Shown: positions 48,266-56,132, numbered from the stretch's first letter. The stretch: DNA of 64,000 bases from an uncultured Coriobacteriaceae bacterium (GCA_900550385.1 URRZ01000001.1:15049-79048), one strand, 5' to 3'. Made by a program: numbers and translations. Notes: a model not told the origin generated them from the letters alone.

Positions 48266-49093
48266 ATGCCCATCAAAGACACCATCGCCGCCATCCGCAA
48301 GGAGGCGGGCATCACGCAGGAGGAGATGGCGCGCAGGCTCTACGTCACCCGCCAGGCGGTCAGCCGCTGGGAGACGGGCGAGACCGCACCCGGCATCGAC
48401 ATGGTGAAGCTCATCTGCGTCACCTTCGGCGTGCCGCTCGAGCGCTTCTTCGACATGCCGATGAGCTACTACTGCCAGTGCTGCAGCATGCCGATTCCGG
48501 AGGAGGAGATGCGCGGCACCGAGGCGGACGGATCGAGGAGCGCGGACTTCTGCAAGTACTGCTACGACCACGGCGACTTCACTGCGAAGGGCATGACGAT
48601 GGACGAGTTCATCGAGGCGACGGCTCCGATGGAGGCGAAAGCGCTGGGCGTGTCGCTCGACGAGGCGGTGTCACTTATGGCAACACTGCTGCCGCATCTG
48701 AAGCGCTGGCGCGAAGTGGGCGAGAACGAGGAGCGCTACGGTGAGGAGATTCGCGCGGCGTACGGCGACGAGGTCGTCGATGCCGCCAACGAGAAGTACG
48801 TCGCCATGGGCGAGGCGGCGCATATGCAAGCCGATGAGCTGGCGCTCGCCATCAACGAGCAGCTGCGTCGCGCGATGGAGGCGGGCGACGTGGAGGGTCC
48901 CGAAGCGCGCAAACTGGTCGCCATGCACGGCCACTGGCTGCGCATGTACTGGCCCGACGGGTTGTACACGCCCGAGGCGCACAAGGGCTTGGCCGACGGC
49001 TACCTCGCCGACGAGCGCTTCCGCGCCTACTACGACGCTGTGGCGCCGGGCGCAACCCAGTTCCTCCGCGACGCGATCCATGCCTGCGCGTAA
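48266..49093 (+). CDS. XRE-family HTH regulator fused to a zinc-ribbon segment and a TipAS-like effector domain
   Basis: The N-terminus has the HTH ITQEEMARRLYVTRQAVSRWETGE. The middle has CQCCSMP..CKYCYDHGDF. The C-terminus is helical (YGDEVVDAANEKY..HGHWLRMYW..YYDAVAPG). Confidence 0.75.
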   Translation: MPIKDTIAAIRKEAGITQEEMARRLYVTRQAVSRWETGETAPGIDMVKLICVTFGVPLERFFDMPMSYYCQCCSMPIPEEEMRGTEADGSRSADFCKYCYDHGDFTAKGMTMDEFIEATAPMEAKALGVSLDEAVSLMATLLPHLKRWREVGENEERYGEEIRAAYGDEVVDAANEKYVAMGEAAHMQADELALAINEQLRRAMEAGDVEGPEARKLVAMHGHWLRMYWPDGLYTPEAHKGLADGYLADERFRAYYDAVAPGATQFLRDAIHACA

Positions 49094-49121
49094 ATGCGGA
49101 AAAGCACATCCGCTTTTTCAT
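49094..49121 (+). terminator. Hairpin plus T-tract immediately after the stop of 48266..49093
   Basis: The sequence is ATGCGGAAAAGCACATCCGCTTTTTCAT, with the stem GCGGA/TCCGC followed by TTTTT. Confidence 0.55.
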
Positions 49122-49265
49122 ACTCGATAGGCAAACGTCCTGATCAATGGCGCTCAACTTCAGATAAACTGGCGGTAGAGGCAATTCGACCGACGGTCGG
49201 TTGAGCGCGAATGCCGTGCGTGGAACGATTGATGCGAGCCGTTCCACCACGATGAAAGGACGATC

Positions 49266-49703
49266 ATGGCACAGCAGGCACAGCTTAGCTTCGGCGAGAT
49301 GGTTCGCGCGCTCCGCGCGGAGAAGGGCATGACGCAGCTCGATCTTGCGCGGAAGATGGGCGTCACCGACAAGGCGGTTTCCAAGTGGGAGCGGGATCTG
49401 TCGATTCCCGATGTGGCATCGCTCCCCAAGCTTGCCGAGGAGCTGGGCACTTCCGTCGATGAGCTGCTTCAGGCCAAAACGGCGGCGCAGGAGGCTGCGG
49501 CCGAAGATGGCGCCACGCGCAAGAAGGCGGCGGCTTTGGTCGAGTTGGTGCTCAAGGCGGTCGCCCTCGCGATGGGCGTTGGGGTCGTGGCGCTCACGAT
49601 CATGGACGAGGTCGAGCCCCGCAACGCGCTCGGCCTGCTCGGCGTCGGCGTCGCCTGCCTCGCGCTCGTGCAGCTGATGCATTCGGGAGAGGACGATCGG
49701 TAG
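49266..49703 (+). CDS. XRE-family HTH protein with C-terminal transmembrane helices
   Basis: It has the HTH MTQLDLARKMGVTDKAVSKWERD. This is followed by the hydrophobic segments LVLKAVALAMGVGVVALTI and LGLLGVGVACLALV. Confidence 0.75.
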   Translation: MAQQAQLSFGEMVRALRAEKGMTQLDLARKMGVTDKAVSKWERDLSIPDVASLPKLAEELGTSVDELLQAKTAAQEAAAEDGATRKKAAALVELVLKAVALAMGVGVVALTIMDEVEPRNALGLLGVGVACLALVQLMHSGEDDR

Positions 49704-49740
49704 CGTTTCGATATCTGGCCAGCGCGTTGGCCGTTGTCCG

Positions 49741-50418
49741 TCAGTAGCGCTGGGCGTCGCCGGCGGCGTAGTCATCGAAGAGCTGGCGGCAGGTGTCGCG
49801 GTCGAACTCCTGCAGGCTCACTGTCTCTTCCTCGCCGTTGAGCTGGCGGTAGAACGCGTCGTCGCGGAAGCCGATCTCGGCGCTGTCCTCGCGCGTGCAG
49901 CCGTAGTAGACGGCATCCATGTTGGACCAGAGGACCGCACCCAAACACATCGGGCATGGCTCGGCGGTGGTGTAGAGCTCGCAGCCCGTCAGATCGTGTG
50001 TGCCCAGGTTGCGGCACGCGTCGCGGATCGCCTCCATCTCGCCGTGGCAGGTGGGGTCGTTGTTCGCCAGCACGCGGTTGTGGCCTCGGCCGACGATCTC
50101 GCCGTCCTTCACGATGACCGATCCGAACGGCCCGCCGTCGCCCGCCTGGATGCCCTGGTAGGCTTCGTCGATCGCGATCTGCATGAATTCGGAGGAGGGC
50201 TGCATGTCGGTTCCTTCGGTGTCGGTGGATTCGTCAGATCCGTTGGCGGAGCTTTGCTCGGCGGTTTGGGCTTGCGAAGCCGTTTCGGTTTGCGAAGCGG
50301 CGTCTTGCTCGGTTGACGCTGTGTCGTTTCCTGCGGATGAGCAGCCCGTCAGCGCGATAGCCAGAAAGAGAGCGGCGACGATGCCGACGAGCGTGCGCAG
50401 CTTAGAGGATGAGGCCAT
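49741..50418 (-). CDS. CDA-fold nucleoside/guanine deaminase with a lipoprotein signal peptide and a low-complexity linker
   Basis: It has a lipobox (LAIALTGC) after a positively charged N-terminus, then a Ser/Thr/Glu/Gln-rich linker. The zinc motifs HGEMEAI and PCPMCLGA are present. The start is at ATG 50418. Confidence 0.8.
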   Translation of the reverse strand: MASSSKLRTLVGIVAALFLAIALTGCSSAGNDTASTEQDAASQTETASQAQTAEQSSANGSDESTDTEGTDMQPSSEFMQIAIDEAYQGIQAGDGGPFGSVIVKDGEIVGRGHNRVLANNDPTCHGEMEAIRDACRNLGTHDLTGCELYTTAEPCPMCLGAVLWSNMDAVYYGCTREDSAEIGFRDDAFYRQLNGEEETVSLQEFDRDTCRQLFDDYAAGDAQRY

Positions 50419-50534
50419 AGCGGGTCCTTTCGACGGGGACATGCAACCATGGTAGCATGCGGTGCGCTCGGCGTGACCGTCCGAATAGACGACGCGATAG
50501 GGGGAACGGTCTCTTTTCCGCATCGGCGCAATGC

Positions 50535-50559
50535 GGGATAGCGACTGTCTCTTTATCAC
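50535..50559. repeat. Degenerate copy of the A/T-flanked palindrome (GATAGCGAC-TGTC-TCTTTATC)
   Basis: It lies in the divergent region between the deaminase start and the first GG-leader peptide gene. Confidence 0.5.
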
Positions 50560-50657
50560 GCCCTCAGTTTTTCACGGTGTGCAGGTCGCAAGCTCGCGTT
50601 CACTCCTCAAAGCGCCTATTGGTTCCCATGCCTCGCAATGCTCGGGCTTCCGTTCCA

Positions 50658-50663
50658 TATAAT
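50658..50663 (+). promoter_or_regulatory. Candidate -10 box (perfect TATAAT) upstream of the GG-leader peptide genes
   Basis: A TATAAT hexamer lies 50 nt upstream of the ATG at 50713. No convincing -35 element was seen. Confidence 0.35.
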
Positions 50664-50712
50664 CAAGTCGAGGCGCAAGCAAGCGCTCCCGTCTCCAAAA
50701 ATAGGAGGCATC

Positions 50713-50982
50713 ATGGTAAAGATCACGAAAGGCGAGCACGGCTTGCTCGCCGACGGCAAGCCCATCGACGAGAGCTCGTTCACCGAACTTTCCGATGAGG
50801 ATCTCGAGCAGACATCAGGCGGCATCACGGTGATCCAGCATTTCGACGGTAGCAGCGTCGATAAGCTGCGGTGCTGGCAATGCGGCGGCGAAGACTGGGA
50901 TCTCATCGGCTGGCGCGCCGATAACAAGCTCTGGGCGCGCTGCAAGAAGTGCGGATGGGAAGACTGTGCCGAGTTCTACTAG
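50713..50982 (+). CDS. Small protein A (89 aa): double-glycine leader plus zinc-ribbon-like Cys-rich core
   Basis: An AGGAGG site lies 4 nt upstream. The leader ends FTELSDEDLEQTSGG. The core carries CWQC-N19-CKKC plus one extra Cys. Confidence 0.7.
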   Translation: MVKITKGEHGLLADGKPIDESSFTELSDEDLEQTSGGITVIQHFDGSSVDKLRCWQCGGEDWDLIGWRADNKLWARCKKCGWEDCAEFY

Positions 50983-51031
50983 GCCGTCTTCACGGCACCT
51001 AGACACCGTTTTCAATGCGAAGGAGAACGCG

Positions 51032-51352
51032 ATGAGCAATTCCGAACACGATGCCACGGGCAAGATGCCGGAACTGGCCGGCGAGGTCGAGCTGAAAGAC
51101 GCGGAGATTGCCGAGGTTTCCGGTGGTGCAACGGGTGGCCTCTATCCCGAGAAAATCCATTGGGAGGATCTCGTGGAGTGGCGCGTGCGATGCAGCAACT
51201 GCGGCTCGAGCTATGTGAAGAGGAATTCCGGCTACGAGTACATGGTCAGCGGCCTTCGCGCAACCTGCGACTACTGCGGGAGTTCCAGCGTCGAAACGCA
51301 TTTCATGAGGATGATTCAGGAAGGGTATTACCCGTCGTCGCAGTTCAGGTAA
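51032..51352 (+). CDS. Small protein B (106 aa): double-glycine leader plus zinc-ribbon-like core
   Basis: An AAGGAGA site lies 5 nt upstream. The leader ends VELKDAEIAEVSGG. The core carries CSNC-N21-CDYC. Confidence 0.7.
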   Translation: MSNSEHDATGKMPELAGEVELKDAEIAEVSGGATGGLYPEKIHWEDLVEWRVRCSNCGSSYVKRNSGYEYMVSGLRATCDYCGSSSVETHFMRMIQEGYYPSSQFR

Positions 51353-51440
51353 GCGAAAGTGCGCTGCGCCTGCGGTTTGCGGCGCGGCGGAAACTAGGGC
51401 AACGGGGGCGTGGCTCGTTGCCCCAAAGGAAGGAGTCATC

Positions 51441-51689
51441 ATGACCGACGAGAGAATCCCAAACGTTGAGCCTGTCGATTATAAGATCCTTTCCGACGAG
51501 GACATGGTCCTTTCCGACGAGGAGCTGGCCGACGCAACCGGCGGGGTGATGATCTATCCCTCGCAAAGGATGCGGGCGACCTGCGGGGATTGCGGGTACT
51601 CTTTCTATGTGCTGGTGCCTCTTGGCCGCAAGCCGGTCGTGGGTTGCCCGAAATGCAGAAGCGGGCGGGTTGGCCTCATGGCAATCTAG
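51441..51689 (+). CDS. Small protein C (82 aa): double-glycine leader plus zinc-ribbon-like core
   Basis: A GGAAGGAG site lies 6 nt upstream. The leader is ILSDEDMVLSDEELADATGG. The core carries CGDC-N17-CPKC. Confidence 0.7.
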   Translation: MTDERIPNVEPVDYKILSDEDMVLSDEELADATGGVMIYPSQRMRATCGDCGYSFYVLVPLGRKPVVGCPKCRSGRVGLMAI

Positions 51690-51767
51690 GCCGCCGAACG
51701 CTTTCGGTCTGAAACAGGGCAACGGACAACGCAAACGGGACAACGGCGGCGCAGCACGTTGCCCCGG

Positions 51768-51800
51768 AATGAGAAAAGGGGTCTGACCCCTTTTCTCATT
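51768..51800 (+). terminator. Perfect 16-bp-arm palindrome with A/T flanks, the likely terminator of the three-peptide unit
   Basis: The sequence is AATGAGAAAAGGGGTC-T-GACCCCTTTTCTCATT. Confidence 0.7.
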
Positions 51801-51918
51801 TTCTGTCGGTAATGTCTTCCGACCAGATTTCATGTACTGCAAACACATAAAATAATAAAAATCGTGTATTATAAATACACGAAATGTAATTCCACATGCG
51901 AATGCCCTGGAGGGAGAA

Positions 51919-53286
51919 ATGAGGAGAAAGATCGAGAACCTCATCGAGGCGTGGGCGACTGCTCCCGCGAATCGTCCTTTGCTGATCCGCGGAGCTCGCC
52001 GTGTCGGGAAAACCTACGTGGTCGAAGAAGTTGGCAAACGCATCGCGGGCAACAACTTCGTGAAACTCGATTTCCAGACCGATCTCGAACTCATCGCCCC
52101 GCTTTTCAACGGCCCTACCGACGATGTAGATGCCGTAATGAAACGCGTTGCGGAGTATAAGCGGGTTCGGTTGGATAAAAGCAGCGCCTTCGTCTTTTTC
52201 GACGAAGTCCAACTGTGCGAGCGTGCGCTTAATTCGCTCCGATTCTTTTCGGGCTCGGGGTGGCGCGTGATAGCAACGGGAAGCCAGCTTGGCGTTGCAA
52301 CGCGCAAGCGCGATCTTCCATTTCCGAGCGGTGTGCAGCAGGAGACGATGCATCCCCTGACCTTCGAGGAGTTCCTTTGGGCGCTTGGCGAAGAGCCGAT
52401 GGCAGAGGCGATTCGGGATCACGCGCGAACGTTGGAGCCGTATCCTGCGCATGAGAAGGCACTGGAGCATTATCGCCTCTACCAGGTTATCGGGGGCTTT
52501 CCGGCGGCGGTGGCTGAATATGTTCGGACGGGGGACATCGATGAAGCCCGCATCCAGCAGCGGGAGGTGGATGCGATCTACACCGCCGACATGACGGATC
52601 CGGAAAACGGGATCAGCGCCCTTGCCGCACGCAAGGTGTGGCGCAGCATATCTTCGCAATTGCTGCGATCATCGACGAAGAAATTCAAGTATGCGGAGGT
52701 CGAGCGCGGCGGGAGAAGGGCGAAGCTCATGGAGCCCCTCGATTGGCTCGAAGGTGCCGGCATGGTTTCCATCAACAATCTGACCCAATGCATCGAGGCG
52801 CCGCTTGTCCCCTATGATGACGAGGAGGGGAGCTTCTTCAAGGTGTACTTGGCCGATACGGGGCTGATGTTCTATAAGCTCGCGGTGAATCCGCGCCTCT
52901 GGCTCGAGGCGGAAGCGGCTTCCGGTTTGCCCGCGTCCTCCGATTTTCGGGGGGCGCTTGCGGAAAACTCGGTGATGCAGGCGCTTACGGCCGCCGATCT
53001 GCAAACGTACTACTGGACTCCGCCTTCCTCGTGGGGAGGTTCGGGCGAATTGGATTTTCTTTTGCAGGACGACCATATGAGGGTGATTCCCGTCGAAGTC
53101 AAGTCGACGCGCAATGTCCGTGCGAAAACCCTCGCCACGTTCATGGGTAAGGCCGGTTCCCCCTATGCGATAGTGCTCTCGAACCGTGATTTCGGATGTT
53201 CCGAGGGGGTGCAAGGCGAAGAGGTTAGGGAGCTTCCCCTCTATGCGGCTTATTGCATCGGCGAAGGATGCGCCAAGAGGGAGTGA
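51919..53286 (+). CDS. AAA-family ATPase with a C-terminal DUF4143-like (restriction-endonuclease-like) domain
   Basis: It has the Walker A motif GARRVGKT and the Walker B-like motif FVFFDEVQ. The C-terminus has ELDFLL..VIPVEVK. A GGAGGGAG Shine-Dalgarno site is present. Confidence 0.85.
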   Translation: MRRKIENLIEAWATAPANRPLLIRGARRVGKTYVVEEVGKRIAGNNFVKLDFQTDLELIAPLFNGPTDDVDAVMKRVAEYKRVRLDKSSAFVFFDEVQLCERALNSLRFFSGSGWRVIATGSQLGVATRKRDLPFPSGVQQETMHPLTFEEFLWALGEEPMAEAIRDHARTLEPYPAHEKALEHYRLYQVIGGFPAAVAEYVRTGDIDEARIQQREVDAIYTADMTDPENGISALAARKVWRSISSQLLRSSTKKFKYAEVERGGRRAKLMEPLDWLEGAGMVSINNLTQCIEAPLVPYDDEEGSFFKVYLADTGLMFYKLAVNPRLWLEAEAASGLPASSDFRGALAENSVMQALTAADLQTYYWTPPSSWGGSGELDFLLQDDHMRVIPVEVKSTRNVRAKTLATFMGKAGSPYAIVLSNRDFGCSEGVQGEEVRELPLYAAYCIGEGCAKRE

Positions 53287-53795
53287 TTCGGGGAAGCCTA
53301 TGACGAACAACCGCCACGCTAGTCCAGCAATTCAGCTTCCAACGCGAGGCGACGCTTGATGGCGTTGCGGATGACGAGCGCACAGGCAGCGAAGCAGGCG
53401 ATATAGGTGAACTAGCGAAAATGATAAGATAGGCTATCAAAATCGCGATTATCGATATTTGATAGGTTATGTTCGGGAACGTATGCGCTCGTCATCGGGT
53501 CGGACGCGTTTCCGGTCAAAGACTTCCTTCTTGGCCGTGTGCCCTTGTTTCAATGACGGGTGGTAAAAGAACGAGAGAGATGGAGTTCCTCTTCTCGCTG
53601 GCTCGGCGGTTTCGTATTTCCATACGGGTTAGAGCCAGCCTCCTGATCAGGCCTTTGCAACCGCAGGGCGCCCGAAACCCGCGCAAAATGAAGCCTGCAG
53701 TTGGTGGATCGGACGGCGCGGCTATCCCACAATAGACTTTGCCGGCATGAAACGACCGATCTGCGCGCCGCGGAAAGGGGGCAGTCACCTTTTTG

Positions 53796-53822
53796 GTGAA
53801 AAAGGGACAGTCGCTTTTTCAC
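53796..53822. repeat. GAAAAAGGGAC-AGTC-GCTTTTTC palindrome copy, with a degenerate copy just upstream at 53771-53795
   Basis: The sequence is GTGAAAAAGGGACAGTCGCTTTTTCAC. Confidence 0.65.
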
Positions 53823-53906
53823 ATTTTGCGAAGTTGCGCTGCGAGGGATAGCCTCGCACCAACCCCTGCCTCCGCACCCGCCGCCAACCACGAAAGGAAA
53901 TAAGCC

Positions 53907-54938
53907 GTGAGCTTTCGAGACAACCTGCAAGCCCTGCGCGCCGAGCGCAACATGACCCAGGAGCAGCTGGCGATGCTGCTCGGGGTATCCCGCCAGTCCG
54001 TGACGAAATGGGAGGCGGAGCGCTCCTATCCCGAGATGGACAAGCTCCTGAGGATCTGCGACATCTTCGGATGCTCGCTCGACGACCTGGTGAAGGGCGA
54101 CCTCACCGGACGTGCGCCTGCCGAGGGCTCGCCCTCGGTGCCGTCCGGCCCGCCGTCGGACGTGTGTGGCTACGACGAGCACCAGCGCATGATGGCGTGG
54201 AGAGTGCCCACGGGCATCGCCGCCATCCTCATGGGCATCGCGATCGCGTTTTTCTTCGAGGGCGCGGTCGACCTCGGCACGCACAACGGCCACGATGCCC
54301 TGTTCGTCATCATCGCGCTGGCGGCTGCGCTCGCGGGACTCGCGTTCCTCGTGCCCGCCGGCATGGCGCACTCCGCTTTCGTGAAGGCGCATCCGTATGT
54401 GGAGGACTTCTACACCGAAGACGACCGCGCCCGCGCCCGCAAGTCGTTTTCGGGCGGGCTCATCGCCGGCTTGGCGTTCATAGTCGCGGGGATCGGCTGC
54501 ATGCTCATGCTCGAGGAGCGCGCTGAGAATTACGGCATGTTCTTCCTGCTGTTCTTCATCGCGCTCGGCGTGTGGAACATCGTGCACTACGGGATGCTCC
54601 TCGGCCGCACGAACATTGCGGAGTACAACAAGGACGCCGCCGACGAGCTCGAGATCGAGGACATCGTGAACGCCCAGGTGGATGCCGAGGTAAAAGACGC
54701 GCTGCTGTCTCGCAAGCGCCACGGCAAGAAGCTCGGCGCGGTGTGCGGCTCCATCATGATAGTCGCGACCATCGTCGGCCTCGCGCTCCTGTTCGCCCCC
54801 GCGCTCACCGCGCCCGACCCCAGCGCGTTCGAGCCCGAGGGCACCTCCGCCATGTGGTTCTGGGTTGCCTGGCCGGTGGGCGCGCTGCTCTGCGGCATCG
54901 TGACGTTGCTCTGGGAAGCGTTCGGGAAAAAGGAATGA
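53907..54938 (+). CDS. XRE-family HTH protein fused to a polytopic membrane domain
   Basis: It has the HTH MTQEQLAMLLGVSRQSVTKWEAERSYP, followed by at least five hydrophobic segments. It uses a GTG start with an AAAGGAAA site upstream. Confidence 0.75.
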   Translation: MSFRDNLQALRAERNMTQEQLAMLLGVSRQSVTKWEAERSYPEMDKLLRICDIFGCSLDDLVKGDLTGRAPAEGSPSVPSGPPSDVCGYDEHQRMMAWRVPTGIAAILMGIAIAFFFEGAVDLGTHNGHDALFVIIALAAALAGLAFLVPAGMAHSAFVKAHPYVEDFYTEDDRARARKSFSGGLIAGLAFIVAGIGCMLMLEERAENYGMFFLLFFIALGVWNIVHYGMLLGRTNIAEYNKDAADELEIEDIVNAQVDAEVKDALLSRKRHGKKLGAVCGSIMIVATIVGLALLFAPALTAPDPSAFEPEGTSAMWFWVAWPVGALLCGIVTLLWEAFGKKE

Positions 54939-54980
54939 AACCGTTCGCTCGCGTGTCTTTCGTTGGGCACGTACGCTGCC

Positions 54981-56015
54981 TTATGCGCTTCGGTTGAGTG
55001 CGCGGTAGCGGTGCGGGGTCATGCCGAAGCGTTCTTTGAACGCTTCCGAGAAGCTGCCTTGTCGCGAGAACCCGACACATGCCGCCACGGCGGCGATCGA
55101 CTCGTCAGTGCTGGTTAGCAGCTCGCAGGCTCGCTCCATGCGTCGATCGCGCACCCAGCCCATGGGGGTCGTGCCTTCCGCGTCGCGAAACAGGCTCGCA
55201 AGTTTGCTCGGGCTCGTGCATGCGGCATGGCATAGGTCGCCAAGCTCGATGGGCTCGTCCAGGTGCTCGCGCGCAAATGCGCAGGCGAGGTTGAGCGACG
55301 TCCGGTCGACAGCGCGCATTCGCGGCGCGGCGCCCTGCGCGTTCCTCTCGTGCCAGTCAACGACGAGCGCGCAGGCTTCCGCCGCCTTGCAGCGGTAATA
55401 CGCTTCGGCAACGGTGTGCGAAAGCCGCGCTGCTTTGATCTCGTCGAACAGGCGGGAAAGCGCAGGTATGCGGTGGGTGCCGTCGAGGCGCGCGATCGCC
55501 GTGGTGAGCGCAACCGGATCGGTGCCGACAGCGCTTGCCATTCCGGTGGCGCCTTCGGGAAGAAGGGAGATGCTTGCGACGGTGAGGCGCTCTCCGGGCG
55601 GCACGACCTCACAGCACATGCCCGCGCGCCACGCATAGCCGAGCAGCGTGCCCGTCTCCCATCCGTCCTCGATCCCGAGAAGCGGCGTGAAGTAGGGGAT
55701 CATGTTGCGCCCGTAGCTGCCGAAGCAGAAGAAGTTCGGCACGACGGCGCCGAATGATACGGTTTCGTTGAACAAGAGGTCGAACACGGTGATCGCTGCA
55801 GCATCGTCGATCGCGAGATACCAGTACGACCCGTATCCGTACGCGGGGTCGATCGTCCATACGCGTCCGCATCCGCGATCGCCGCCGCCTTCGACCTCTA
55901 CGCCGTGCATATCGGCCATTTGGGGAAGGAAAATCGCGTCGATTCTCTGATTGGAGTCAGCTGGGATTTCCGATCCGGCTTGATCTCGGTTGTCAGATGC
56001 CGTCTTGCTGCCCAT
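54981..56015 (-). CDS. AraC-family transcriptional regulator
   Basis: It has a C-terminal double HTH (..LASLFRDAEGTTPMGWVRDRRMERACELL..IAAVAACVGFSRQGSFSEAFKERFGMTPHRYR). The start could be 56015 or 56033. Confidence 0.85.
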   Translation of the reverse strand: MGSKTASDNRDQAGSEIPADSNQRIDAIFLPQMADMHGVEVEGGGDRGCGRVWTIDPAYGYGSYWYLAIDDAAAITVFDLLFNETVSFGAVVPNFFCFGSYGRNMIPYFTPLLGIEDGWETGTLLGYAWRAGMCCEVVPPGERLTVASISLLPEGATGMASAVGTDPVALTTAIARLDGTHRIPALSRLFDEIKAARLSHTVAEAYYRCKAAEACALVVDWHERNAQGAAPRMRAVDRTSLNLACAFAREHLDEPIELGDLCHAACTSPSKLASLFRDAEGTTPMGWVRDRRMERACELLTSTDESIAAVAACVGFSRQGSFSEAFKERFGMTPHRYRALNRSA

Positions 56016-56132
56016 TCCTGGTTCCTTTCGCATCGAGCGCCGCCCGGTCGTTCTTTCGGCGCGATCGAGTGGGTTTCGGCTGGATCGTTGGAAAAACGCT
56101 TGAGAAGCCGAAGTTCCCCCGTGATCGCTAAT

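Noticed and set aside
53225-53440. A 71-aa - strand ORF (TTG start) with a hydrophobic N-terminus
   Set aside because: It has no Shine-Dalgarno site and overlaps the 3-prime end of the ATPase gene. After the first ~10 residues the composition is Ser/Pro/Arg-rich. The more protein-like hydrophobic tail is in a different frame and lacks a start. The locus is treated as a possible remnant only.
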